A DNA stretch of 64,000 bases from Octopus sinensis (GCF_006345805.1 NC_042998.1:66402001-66466000); one strand, 5' to 3'. Numbered from the stretch's first letter, positions 38,545 through 52,576 are shown. Program-made: numbers and translations. Notes: a model not told the origin generated them from the sequence alone.

Positions 38545-40592
38545 TAAGTTGTGTTTGGAATTTTTCAATAAAGAGATTCTCCTTGTTAATTCTCTCCTGT
38601 GTGGTGATCCCGTCTTTACATTGGTAGAAGGGGAATATATAGAATTTGGGGTTTAAGTCTTTAGCACATGAGTCTAAGTGGTCACTCAGTGGAATTTGTC
38701 GGTATTCCGGAAGGTTTATTGTTCTTTATGCACCGTTACTCGTTTACGTAACGGGAGACTCGTTTGTCCAACATAATTATGTTGGCAACCAGCGCATGTG
38801 AGAACGTAGATAAGGTTCTCGGAGGAACAGGAGAAGTTAGTCTTGATTTTAAAATTCGTACCTTGTTTGAAGGTAAATTCAGAGCCTTCAAGTAGAAAGG
38901 GGCAGGTACCACAGTTTGAGCGTGCACATTTTTTTACTGTTGGGGGTGGATGTGGTGTGTGAAGTTTGGCATTTGTCAAGAGTTTTTTAAAGATTTGTGT
39001 TGCCTTTTGCATTTGAGGATTTTGTGTGTATTTATAATGTTTTTCATTTTTGGGTCTGTTGACAGTAGACTGAGGTTTTGTATGATTGTGGTGTATGCTT
39101 CGATATTTTTGGGGTTGTGGGTGGAAATGTATGGAAGTATTTTGAGGTTGTGTGTGGTGTTAGGTTGGGTGGTTTTCAGTGTAGTGTTGTCTAGTTCTTT
39201 GGCGCGTTTTATTCCATACTCTATAAGGGTGGAGGGATATTGACGTTGTAATAGTGTTTTTTGAGGTCTTGAAGGCGTATTTCTCGTGTTTTTGGATCCG
39301 AGACAATGGTGCATACCCTTTTAGCTAAATTGAAAGGGATATTTGTCTTGGTGTGTTTGGGTGGCATGAACTAAAGAGGAGGTATTGTTGTGAGTCTGTA
39401 GGTTTGTGGTAGATGTCTGTTATGATTTGGTTCTTAGGGTTTTTTATAATTAGGAGATCAAGGAATGGGAGATGATGTTTGCTTAATTCCATAGTGAATT
39501 GGATGTTGGGATGTATGTTGTTTAGTATGGTTTTGAATTCCAGGAGTTTTTCATAAGGTTCTTTCCATATGATGAAACAATCATCTAAATACCTTTTCCA
39601 GTTTTCCATTAGGTAGGTGTGGAAAACATGTCCAAATTTCTGGCTTGATATTTCATAGAGTGACAGTTCGAAGTAACCCATTATGAGGTTCGCAAGGACT
39701 GGTGCAGCCTTGGTACCCATCGCAATGCCACATTTTCGACGGTAGTGTGTGTCGTCGAAGAGAAAAAAATTGTTTGTCAGAATGAACTTAAGAGATTCTG
39801 TAATAAAAGACTTGTTAATGCGGTCAGGGAATGTCTCTGGGTTTGTTTTAGCCAGAAGTCAATTGCCTCTATACCATACTCGTGTGGAATGTTGTGGTGT
39901 AGAGGTTGATGACATCAAAGGATACCAGGAGTGCCTCCTCGTTAACTGTTTTCGGGAGGTGTTTGAGCATGTCCAGATCATCCCTAATGAAACTTTTGAT
40001 GTGGGTAAGGAAAGGTTTCAAAAGGATGTCTAGGAAGTTACTCAGGCGGTGTGTTTCACAGGAAGGTACCAGCCACGATGGGCCTTAGTTTTAGGTCCTC
40101 CGGTGCTTTGATGTTGATGTGGATGTCAGTGGAGAGTTTGCAGGCTTCGGTGATGTATTTGTTTTTATGGATTTTAGGAAGGCCATAAAAAAGGCTGGGC
40201 TTGCATTTGAAAATGGTGATATAATCCCTTTCTTTTTCTGTGAGTCCCTGACCGTGTTGGCGTATGAGTGTGGTGAGGTTTCTGATTGTTTTTTGCTGTT
40301 TGTAGTTGTTAATAACCTCATAGAAAATGTTATTGTTAAGCATGGAGAACACTAGGTGTTTATAAAATTCCGTGTCCATAAGGACCACAGCACTCCCTTT
40401 GTCCGCTTCTTTGATGGTGAGGTTTTTATCCAGTTGTATGTCACGTAGGTTTTCCCATTCTTCCTTACTGAAATTGGATTTTACCTTGGTTTTGCTTGGG
40501 GTAAAGGGGAGACTCTGGATGTGTTTACAGAAATCGTCCAGTGTTTTATTTCTCCCTTTTGGTGGTAGGAAGTTGCTTTTATTTCTGATCAA
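38545..40592 (-). pseudogene. PLE ORF (RT + zinc-finger linker + GIY-YIG endonuclease), several frameshifts
   Basis: IKEADKGSAVV, FYGLPKIHK, LRPIV, SFDVINLYT, GIAMGTKAAPVLANL, RYLDDCF, LPFLD, YHKPTDSQQYL..SCHP, CARSNCGTC, NLIYVLTCAGCQHNYVGQT..LRKR..H. Confidence 0.9.
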
Positions 40593-41273
40593 TGAATCGT
40601 CCCCATTCCAAACACAACTTAATATGCAAACTCCTCGTTGATCAAACTTCCTTTCTCTACCTCACTCTTCATAGATGGACTAACACAAATATATAAAGAT
40701 ACCATGCATTCATCACTTCAAGCTAAAACTTATATTCTTTAAATATCATTTTTACTATTGTTGTTATTACTATAATTTTTATTATAAATGATATGACAAT
40801 TTGAAATGCAATTGTCTATGCAGATTTATATTATTAGAAAATAATATAAATAAAGTGTTAAAATCTGAAAGTTAAGTTAACAAGCAATTATATAAAAAAG
40901 ATAATGCAAATGAAGCTAAAATGATAGTATTATAATTTGGGTTTTATTGAAGAACTCAAAAGAGTTGTCTCCCCTTACCCACAACACAGGAACTGAAGAA
41001 CCAGGACCACAATTACTACTACTTCCTGTCCTGCAACATGCTGAATTTAACAACACAACACATCACATGCTCTTAATCCCTTTGGATCTTAACACCTCAA
41101 GGTAATTTTTTGGTAAACAACCATAAAACTCAAGATACACAACGAACTCACAATGTATCGGAGAACTTATTTTTTAATTTTTGTACATTTTTATCATTAT
41201 TCTTTTACAAAAAACAATGCAATTTTCTTTTTTTCCCATTTCTAATTTTTAAAATAACTTCTTAAAACATAAA

Positions 41274-41314
41274 TATTCTTGACAAGTCATACAATGACGA
41301 AAACCGGTTGAATA
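41274..41314 (+). ncRNA. Hammerhead ribozyme, U3-A8 core variant (family E, inverted pLTR)
   Basis: Identical to 37852-37892 on the opposite strand. Confidence 0.7.
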
Positions 41315-41450
41315 AATATATATTTATATATTTTATCATTTTCTCATTTTATTAAAATTTTCTTTCATTTGAGCATTCTGTATTTTTAAAAAAATTTTTC
41401 CTTACTTATCATTTCTCCACGTGCGGTCAACACAACCCCACCATTTATTG

Positions 41451-41504
<54 letters not shown>

Positions 41505-41608
41505 GTATATATACATATTTATAGATATACATACATAAATACATACATACGAAAGAGGAAAATTGGTGCTCAACACAGCATTGGTGGAATGTAATTTCGT
41601 TGTTTATG

Positions 41609-41663
<55 letters not shown>

Positions 41664-41696
41664 CATACATATATAGTTTAAATATTATCTACATAG

Positions 41697-41770
<74 letters not shown>

Positions 41771-44700
41771 CTTACATGTGTACATTGATATGTCCCTCCA
41801 TAAGTGCGTATATGTAAGTTTGTATGTACGTATGCATGTATGCATGAGTGCGTGTGTATGTGTTTATATATGTATATGTACATGTGTACGTTTGGTAGGT
41901 TGAGTATGTGTAATTGTAATTATGTCGGTAAAAGTATATATAAGATAACCACTAAACAGACATGACAGAGAAAAAGATTGATTGTCAACGGGGGTTACCA
42001 CACACGACTACACGTCTACCTTCAATGAACTGGTATGAGTAATTAAAACATTTATGTAAGTTCTATATAAGATAACTTGTCTTTGCAGTCGACTGAAAGT
42101 TTGATGAATTTTCGAAATCACCTTGTCATAAGAATGGGGAAATATTTACGCCATAAATTTAATACCTATTTATTATCTAAATTATGTAGGAATGTCTAAA
42201 ATGTAGACGTTTAATTTGTTTTGATTGGTAGGGTATTACACGCCACTCAGGTCATTAAAGTCACCGCACAGCATAGACTTCGTATTTCTCTATGTTTACT
42301 TTTCATTTTCTATTTTCTTATATTGATAGTTTTGTATAAGTATTATCTCTGAACTCGTGACGGTTAGCGAAGCTGTGTGACAGATGGAAGTATTTTGAAA
42401 TCATTATGAGAATAATAAATTTTAAATATTAGATATGACAGAAGTATTCGTTTTCCAATGCCTACAGGATCATCTCCTCTTCTTTTTCATAGGTAAAAGT
42501 AGATGATTTGATAGTATTGTGTTACATCAAAAATCTCTGGACTAGAGAAGATTAGCAAACACTATGTGACGAACGAAGGTCTTTCGAAATTTTTCTATTA
42601 AGAAATATATATTGTATGTTAAGAAAAAACGAAATTAAATTTTTCCATATATTATACATGTTTTCTAATTTGGTTTATTTTTCTTTGGTATTTTAGTTTT
42701 GTGTATAAAGTAGAATGCAAATCAATATAAATCAGAGTCAGAAAAATATTAAAAAACATTCGACTCAGATGTGTGATGTTGACTGTCCACAAAAATAGTA
42801 AAACTTTAATAAAATCAGAACACCATTCCAGATGAGATCTGATCCTTCTTATGAAGTAATTTGCAACTAAAACACACGCATTTCTCAGTAGGGAAATGAG
42901 TTGGAAATAACGAATGTGGCCTGCATATATATATACACAAGTGAAACCATATCAAAGACAGCCATAGTGGTATATTAGGAAGTTCACACTAAAATCATGG
43001 TATATTTGATAATAAATCTCATTTGGAATTGCTTTATGTAATTGATATTTTGTCAACGGGGACAACACGACACTGCTTATTTTTATAGTTATGTGGTTGT
43101 TGACATGTTGTTCCCAGTATGCTGACGCCACTCAAAAGGTAGGCAGCACAGTATATTCAACAAGAAGAGTTCCTTATACTGTGGCGTACTATGCCACATA
43201 TGGCATAGTACCCATGAGCATTCCCGTATCGTCTGAACATCATACAGACGGTAGTCATTTCACAGGGGTCACTAGTGCGAGTGAGCTGTAGCCTAAAGAG
43301 GCACTAGGTATAATATACTCTGTTGTAATGTGTTGCTCCGTTAGTTATTGGCTGTTATGCCCATGTAGAGTCTTGTGATGTCATTGAAGAGAGTGAGGGT
43401 GGACCTACACATAGGCGATGATTCATGTTGTCCACCCCACTACGTGTTGTACCCAATACTGCTGGGTATATCATGTTCACTCACTGAAAATACTAAACTG
43501 CAGCTACTGAATGCGACCCCAAACTTCCTGCCAAAATCATGTCCGCAAAGGTGACTAAAATATAAAGAAAATAACTGACGTCATTTTGCTGGCATTGAAA
43601 TTACAGGACCGCATCTGAACAATATAAAGTTCAACACCTTCAAAGCATTTAGTATTTGTTTCAAAGTCTTTAATACAGAGAGGCTTCCACACTGTTTCTG
43701 TCTGTCAAATTCACTCACAAGGCAATAAATAAATAAATAAATAAATAAAGCTTCTACAAAATTACGTAAAGTTCTTTGATGACCAAGATCTTCTGTTTAT
43801 CTAACAAAGGAAATCAAGTGAACTCCTTAACGCTGTTTCATGTCCTTTTCTCTCTGACCCTCTCTTTCTCAACACAGCCTCAAAACACGCCTACGTCTAC
43901 AGTACTCATTATTCCTCACAGGGCCTACTCCAAGATTTAAAATGTACTACAAGCACATTTTCTAAATATGTCTGGCATCTAAAGAATTATAACATTAAAA
44001 ATTTGAAAAACAATTTTGACACTGAATGACACAGTACTTCAGCCACACATGAATACATTAAATAGTTCCTAGTTTATCAGAAATGCGCAACAATCGTCTA
44101 CAACTGCGCGAGTAACGCAGTTCTAGGTTATAGACTTTTCTTCCATATCAGAAGAAGTCCCTCTTAATGACATTGATATTTACCCAATGTATAAACTACA
44201 TGACAACGAATGACTATCATTAATGATGAACTCCATTTTTAATGTTACTTTATATGTGTTGAATATTTTAAATTCATCAAGAGAACAACAATGTATTTTG
44301 CTGCCAACATTAACGTTCTCTCGCGTGAATTTCAATAAAGAAGCGGGTAAAAAATTATATATTTCCCGAACGTGGTTCATAAGCTAACGAACGTGCTACA
44401 AGAAATATTACTTGCCATATAATTTTAATCCCTTTTCTTCTGTTTCATATAGAAGAGCATTACATCTTAACCTTCTCCACCTTTCTTTGAAAATATAAAA
44501 TTTTCATGTTTTATGTGGAGAGAGAGTTAGTTTTGTTTCGTCGATAATTCTATGAAATCTCGTTCTATTCCATGCATTAAAACATTCGTTATTCACTTCA
44601 CTTGACCTCACTATAGTTTAACGCCTCTCATCCCTCCTCTATTTTCATTATCCAGTAGCTTCTATCTAATTTATATTATCTTGTGTCTTCTAACTAACCA

Positions 44701-45656
44701 CCCATTTCCTCTGCGGTAATTTCAAAAACATTACATGGAAAATGGATCTTTTTTTCCACTTTACGCTTTTCATCTCATCATTTCTCCTATTCCTACTTTG
44801 CTCAAGTCAAACGAAGATACAAATTGTATTTCGTTTCAAACTTTACTCTAAGCCTGTGTTCTGCATTTGTTGCTGCTTTCATTTTCTGTTGTTTATTGAA
44901 TCATTGTCTTACACATTTATAAATTTTTGTAGATTTTCTTCTCGATATGATTATTCCTTACTTCATTTCATTGATTCTACAGTCTTGTATCCATTCTCAT
45001 ATCTTTACATACGAAACATATTTTAAGGACCCATTCTTAAATGTTTTCGTTAATGTTCCTCTACACAGCATATACGATGTATATGATATATATGATGTTC
45101 TAATTTATATCGATTGAGATGCATCGTACAATACGATCGGACATTAATACAAATGACCTCAAGTGAAATAATTTCAATCTCTCTCCATCTGTCTCTCTCT
45201 CTCTCTCTTTCTCTCCCCTCCTCCTCTTCCTTCAATCTAACCTAAATCTAATTTCCTACATATTACATTTGATTCCAATATAGTTCAGTGTCAACCTTAC
45301 ATGTCGTGAAATATGATGATACACATCTATAAGAAAACAAAGACTTTCTTGCTGATTAGCAGCCTCTAAAGTAGTTATAAGAGGGAGATTTTCCAATTTA
45401 TCATTCAAGAGATTAATGTTCATCAGAAATGTCGCTAAACATTACAAGCTAGCTTCTCGGAAATTATCTTTTCACAAAGAACGTATTCCCAATCCGCATC
45501 CACAACCGTCGATGAAACCTAAACATACCAAAAGTTGAAAGCATTATGGATTAATTACCCCACATCAGCTAGCTTATATGTTGCAATACACACACGCGCA
45601 CACATACACACACATACATACAAATACACACACAAGCACACATTCACACACACACA

Positions 45657-45743
<87 letters not shown>

Positions 45744-45744
45744 T

Positions 45745-46083
45745 TTTCTTTTATATGTTTCAATCATTTGATAGCGGCCATGCTCGAGGTCCGCATTTAG
45801 TCTAAGAAATCGACAACACGACGTATTCTTTGTAATAATGTTCTATATTCAAAAGATGAGGAATTATGCACATTTTTTATATTATTTATATCATTCACAT
45901 TTGACGGATATTTGTCCTCATCTTGTTACTTGCTGACACAACGTTTCAGCTGATAAACCCCCCAGCCTTCATCAGGTATCTTGGAGAAGCTTCGAACCTG
46001 GGTTCTTATTCCTAAGGTATTTTTCGATGTTGTTATTGTTATTATTATATTTGTTGTAGTTGTTGTTATCATTCTTCGGATCA

Positions 46084-46147
<64 letters not shown>

Positions 46148-46565
46148 GCATCGAAAAATACCTTAGGAAATTCAAAATTTCCCCAATACACCTGATGAAG
46201 GCTGGATAGTACATCAGCCGAAACATTGTGTCAACAACCAACAAGATGAGGATAAATATCCGTCAATTCTAAATAATGTTTATTATTTGTAAGCCTATAA
46301 CCTATTCTATCGGTCTGTTTTGCCGAACCGCTAAGTTAGGAGGACGTAAACACACCAACATCGGTGCTAAGGGATGGTGGGGGATATATGTATGTATATA
46401 CAACGGGCCTCTTACAGTTTCCGTCTACCAAATCTCCTCAGAAGGCTTTGGTCGGCCCGAGACTATACTAGAAGACACTTGCCCAAGATGCTACGCAGTG
46501 GGACTGAATCTGGAACCATGTGGATGGAAAACAAACTTCTTACCATAAAACCACTCCTGCGCCTA
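45745..46565 (-). mobile_element. SINE family A copy split by an insertion at 45836-46292
   Basis: The tail part ends at ttctttgtaa and resumes at tttgtaagccta, continuing to the head at ~46563. Confidence 0.8.
45836..46292. mobile_element. Foldback element with two opposite-strand HHRs (family F) around an (AAT)n core
   Basis: HHR 45937-45978 (-): TAC-CTGATGA-A-GGCTG..CAGCT-GAA-ACGT-T-GTG; HHR 46189-46230 (+): CAC-CTGATGA-A-GGCTG..CAGCC-GAA-ACAT-T-GTG; tttgtaa at 45829-45835 and 46286-46292. Confidence 0.85.
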
Positions 46566-47498
46566 TATATGTAGAAACGTCCTATTTCTTGAGGAACTCA
46601 ACATTCTGATACCTCACAGCCAGTTTTCTTAGCTATTATTAAAGAGCTAACATTACTTCCAGCTTCACACACCCCTGCTAAAAATATACAATTGATGAGC
46701 TCCTATTCCAGCAACACCTACAATTACTGACATTATGACACGCACACACACATACTGAGGAGCTTTTGTCATTACAAGATGGTGGTACATAGAACAATAT
46801 TAACAGAAGACTCTATTCCCAGAAATGTTAAACTTTTTTATACAAACAACTTCAAATGACGGTACGACCAACATTTGAAAATCTTTCGGTGAACAAACAA
46901 CTTCAGAATGTTATATCATACGTATGATTAGTAACGTCGAACATAACTACTTGTTACAATATGACGTATTGTTAAAGGCTCTTCACACTCTGTGACCTGC
47001 CGTTGTAGTATTTACCTGTCAGACGATATCCGTGTCTTGTAATGATTGCAAATATCCTTCAGGAAATAATTCGCGATGATTTCTAGGAACAGCCATCACA
47101 ATCTAACATTGTGTGTCAATTTCGTTTTATCTAGTAAATAATATTCAGGAAATTTGCGTATTTAAAAGCTTGGAATGTTTAATCGCGACCGAATTGCTTA
47201 ACTTGCGACCTATATATCTACCTAGAAAATTAAATATTGACCCACGATGATTTATTCCCAAACTCTCCCAAAATGTTCCCTTGCGTGGTGACTAAGTTAC
47301 AAGATTCCATGCCTAACGTTGTAGCGGCTTCACACGTTGCAAACATCTAATCGACAAAGCAAACTGACTAATTATTCTATAAGTACTTACCTGTCAATTT
47401 GCAAATACAAATTCTCTGTAATGAACTGAATAACTATAGCTTTCAGTCAGTTTTATACTTAGACACACGTACATGATCACACACATGAATAAACATAC

Positions 47499-47531
<33 letters not shown>

Positions 47532-47570
47532 GAAAACACGAACACACACACATTCATATATGTACATATA

Positions 47571-47626
<56 letters not shown>

Positions 47627-50394
47627 CACATATGATATATACACATCATTTCCTTCTGTCCTTCTATATCTCTATTTCCTTCAGTATATATCAGCGTATA
47701 TGTGTGTGTGTTGTATATACGTGCCTGTGTGTTGATGTATCTATATATAAAGTGACGAAGCGTCAGGGTAAGAGGATGCAGAGAGGCAGGGTAACAGACA
47801 GAGATTGAGACTAAGTCTTAATAAGTACTACAGATAAAGAAGAAATGATTTTAGTCTTTTCAATAAACTAGTGATTTTTGAATGGTATTATATTCTTTAT
47901 TGTTCTGTTCGTGGTAATTTTCCTGCTTCTTTGTTGATTAACGAGTAAATAGATGTCACTCAGTGAACATTCTACTCAAGAACTGACTGTATTTGAAGTT
48001 TTGTGAATAGAAATCTTGCTGGCTCTTGAGAAACCGTTTATAAAATAAGGTGGTATATTCAAAACGATAACTGACATGAGAGAAAATCTTAACAATAGTA
48101 AAACTGGAAGACAAATATTGCCAAACAGCAGCAAAATGAACAACAGTAAACACATCAGCAATAGCTACTACTACAACTACTTCTACTACTACTACCACTA
48201 TCACAGCTACTATGATCACTACTAATATTGCTGATGCTACTACCTTTACTACTACTGCCACCAGCAGAGTTTTCTGCAATTTCACAGTTGAAAACGATAA
48301 AGAATAACAACAGCCAGTACTGAAACAATGAACAATACAAAAAGAATGAAAATTGAAGACACATGTAATAAAGAAGATTAATGAATATTTATGATTGAAA
48401 ACTAACAATCAATTGATTGCTAGGTTAATTCTCAAGATAATTTTCATTGTTTGTTGTTATTAAATTATGACACTTGATTCATCTGTGGTTCAAGAGATAA
48501 CAATATAAATGGCAAGGAAGAAAAGTGAAGGAAATACTGCACGTTTGTGGAGGCAAGCTACGTACATTCTCATCAATAATGACCTCAGAGAAATTATTCT
48601 TTCAAACATTGCAAGTTTCAATATTATGACTGATTGTGAAATCAGTCATAATTTAACTTGGTACTGTTGCGATCTTTTCTCAAGATATTTTTCTTTTTAT
48701 CTTAATAATAACACCATATAGGCTGCCATTATCAAACTCATTGTATATCACACTTTATATTTTCTTTATCTACAAAGTTTCATTGTAAAAATACATTGTT
48801 TTAAAATTCCTCTCTGAAATTATTCTTCGATATACCTTCTTCAAAATATGACGTGCAAATATAAATTCCATAGTAACATTTCTTTTCTGTAAGCGTAATG
48901 TTCCAATGAGGAAATTCATGATCATACGTATAATCATAACTTAGAATGAATAATGATATGTTTTAAAAGTATTTCTGGAATTTGCTGTAATACTGAAGTA
49001 GTTAGCATAAGATTTATAACTTGACTGTCGTATATCTTAAACAAATATTTCTTCAAATTATCGCAATGTTTATTTTGTTACACACGCAAAATGAGAAACT
49101 CCATGGGATGATCGACTGAAGCCATTTCATTATATGTTGGCCACTTCCATATCTCGAAATGTTAAATAATGTTTATCTGAATTGTTTAAAAACCCTTTTT
49201 TCTTACAAGCGTGATAGGAGTTAGTTGCTCGACTCACCATACGCTTAATATCAGTTAACCATCATATTTAAGCAGCAACGAAAATATAACTACATGACAA
49301 ATTCAACAAATTGTCTCTTTGAAACTAGATGTTTACTGTGAAATATATAAATAGTAAACGGTAAACTGTGGATTTGTCCACTTGTTATCACATATTTTTC
49401 AAATATCCATTGTGTTGCATACTCGCTTAACAAGTTTTTATGTAGATTTACATTTCAATTAACGATGCATGGAATTTTGCATTTTTCAAATTTTTCATTC
49501 GTGTATTGTTTCTTTGGCACACCAAAAGACAGCGAATCCTTATTATGTGGCATTTTGAAACAGGTGTAAAGGGAGTGAAACTAAATACTAGAATGCATTT
49601 AATATTTTTTCTAACATTTCTACTATAGCATTTCAACAATGAAATCTTATAATATTATCTTCTTTTATATCACCAGCCGTTTAAGCGTGAATTGAGTCAC
49701 ATACCGTCAGTAAATTTTCGTTGATATACAGGTAACATTTCCGGAAAAGAGGAAAGACTTGCGCATGTACTGAATATGATGTTGATTTCTTTCAAAAAAT
49801 GGTGTAAAGCGTAATTTTCTTTTGCCTAATAAAATCGCAATAATTGAATATTAGTTGAAAATATCAATGAGTATGTCGATATCTGAGGCAATTCTATCAT
49901 TGGGATCCTCGAGACGTCAATGGTTTATTCTGTAAAGTTGATGAAAATTTTCTGCCCTGTCTATATCTGCGCTAAAGGCAGAAAGGAAGAATGCAGTAAA
50001 AACAATTTGCTTATATGGATATCAAAGAATGAAATATCTGCTAAAAGGTAGTCTAGAATTTGAATGTTTTTAAAAGCAAAATCTTTGAGAGAAAGCATTT
50101 CGGACTCACACTTGGATTTTGGAAACATGGGACTGACAGTCGCTATATGGTGGTTAGATCTTTTAACCAGTATCATACAAATTCCGGTAAAGTCACATAC
50201 AGATTGAATTGATACACACTAAAAGAGACAACATTAATATATTAATAGAGTCTATGTAAATATATTATACATACATGCATACATACATACATACATACAT
50301 ACATACATACATACATACACATATACATACATACATACATACATACTTACATACACATATATATATAGATAGATATATAGATATATAGATATAT

Positions 50395-50495
50395 ATAAAT
50401 TCAGCAAAAATTTAGATTCAAATGAATATGGTACTTAATTTAGGTGCACCAGAACTTTGTATGGTGTTATCCATAAAAATCCGTGGGGTGTTTGA
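50395..50495 (+). repeat. ~100-bp unclassified dispersed repeat abutting (TA)n (copy 2 of 3)
   Basis: tagattcaaatgaatatggtacttaatttaggtgcaccagaa..atggtgttatccataaaa..gtggggtg. Confidence 0.7.
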
Positions 50496-50515
50496 TATAT
50501 ATATATATATATATA

Positions 50516-51273
50516 TATATAAGAAAAAAGGTTTGAAAATGCAATTTAAACGATGTTTATTTACTTAACCGGTTTCACTCTTTGGTAAAAGATTGTCAAA
50601 AGTTACATTTAAGGAAACATAACCTCCTGATAACCCCAAAATCATTCATGCATAAAGGGGAAGTATACACCACATTGGCTACTTCCTCTGTTCTCTCAGT
50701 TCAGCCTTTCTGCTAATCCCAACAGGTCAGTAAAAACATATTCTCGCCTTGTACTTAAAATATTCTGAGATGTATAAAAAAGCCATTCTAATTTTTGCTG
50801 TCAAAAGGCTGTATATATATACCGAAGATTGTATATATATACATGTAATGTGACAATTTGCGACAACCAATAATTAACGCAACCAATTCCCAATAATATA
50901 TTTGTTTTATCCTTTTCTGCCAAATTTTCCCAAACATTCTCATCACACTATTGAACTTCTCTGTTACCAAACACTATATCTATACATGTAATGTGACAAT
51001 TATGTATAAAAAAACATTTTTGAATTCATAATATCCAATGTGACAATTATGTAAAAACCTTTTTGAATGCATAATACTCAATGTGACAATTATGTAAAAA
51101 CCTTTTTGAATGCATAATACTCAATGTGACAATTATGTAAAAAACTTTTTTTGAACCCATATTATTCAATGTTTCCTTAAATGTAACTTTTGACAATCTT
51201 TTACCAAAGAGTGAAACCGGTTAAGTAAATAAACATCGTTTAAATTGCATTTTCAAACCTTTTTTCTTATATA
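50516..51273. mobile_element. Non-autonomous foldback element: ~105-bp inverted ends, each with a U3-A8 HHR (family E2); internal 43-bp minisatellite
   Basis: Arms 50516-50620 and 51169-51273; HHRs 50563-50603 (-) and 51186-51226 (+): ACTT-TTGACAA-TCTTT(TACC)AAAGA-GT-GAA-ACCGGT-T-AAGT; aatgtgacaattatgtaaaaacctttttgaatgcataatactc x~4 at 50990-51168; embedded in (TA)n. Confidence 0.85.
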
Positions 51274-51309
51274 ATCCCACTCGTGCGATACCCCACAACT
51301 CAACTTTTT

Positions 51310-51389
<80 letters not shown>

Positions 51390-52314
51390 ATGTGTATATT
51401 TGTGTGCGAACGTGGTGTGTGTGTGCATATTTGCGCATATATGTATGAATATATTCTTGCAGAATCACAATGAAATCTAGAGACAAATTTTGAACTCGAA
51501 ATATAAAATGATAGAATGTAATACGACAAAATATTTGATTAGAAAACTAACTACTTTAAACTCGGAAACCAAGTATACACCGAAACTTTTAGACCATGAA
51601 ATGGCACCTCAAAACGATATGTTAAAGTCTGAAAAAGGACGTAATGCTTACTAAGAATATTAAACATATACCAGAATATGGCAATATTCTGATCAGAGAA
51701 ACTTGTTTTGCTCTATTGTTTAGTTTTCCATCAAACATCTAAAACATGAAAAGCTGAGAATTAAATTCAATATTGTTGATTAGAAATTAAATGATCAGCG
51801 AATTTGCGCTGATTGTTAATATATGAAAAGATAACTTTGTAGAGATACAGATTCTAAAGCTCTTTGACAACATATTATAATAGTAATCTTTGATAATTCT
51901 TCAAACGTTCCATTTGAAAAAGACAGAATAATGAAATTAATAAACACACACACACAAACGCATTTACCCCCATTCATGGAGAAAATATTTGTTCATAGAC
52001 TCATAGCTGAACATAAAGAAGCAGAGGTTGAAGTAATTTAATATGTATATTTCCATGTTAGTATTTAATAGTTCATGTCTGTATGTTGGAAATTAAGTGT
52101 CTGGGTATATGAGAGCGATATAAACAAGAACATACAAAACATTGAGTTGTATATATTTAAGATTCCCATATGCAGTAGAACACATATGTAAACATATATA
52201 CATACATATATACGCACAAACGCATGCAAACATTCATACATGTGATATTTATGCTCTAATGATAGGAATTAGTATATATATATATATACATACATACTTG
52301 TACACACACACGCA

Positions 52315-52354
<40 letters not shown>

Positions 52355-52369
52355 TATATATATATATAT

Positions 52370-52576
52370 ACTCTTTTACTCTTTTACTTGTTTCAGTCAT
52401 TTGACTGCGGCCATGCTGGAACACCACCTTTAATCGAGCAACTCGACCCCGGGACTTATTCTTTGTAAGCCCAGTACTTATTTTGTCGGTCTCTTTTGCC
52501 GAAACGCTAAGTGACGGGGTCATAAACACACCAGCATCGGTTGTCAAGCAATTCTAGGGGAACAAACACGGACACA

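Larger units (their letters stand above)
37720..41410 (-). mobile_element. Neptune-type Penelope-like element with ~0.8-kb inverted pLTRs (~37741-38575 and ~40607-41410)
   Basis: RT plus Cys-linker plus GIY-YIG ORF on the minus strand; the two terminal ~800-bp blocks are near-identical reverse complements. Confidence 0.92.

Noticed and set aside
43090-43540. GC-richer patch that may be an old LINE 5' region or exon
   Set aside because: No identifiable motif, splice pair or second copy in the window
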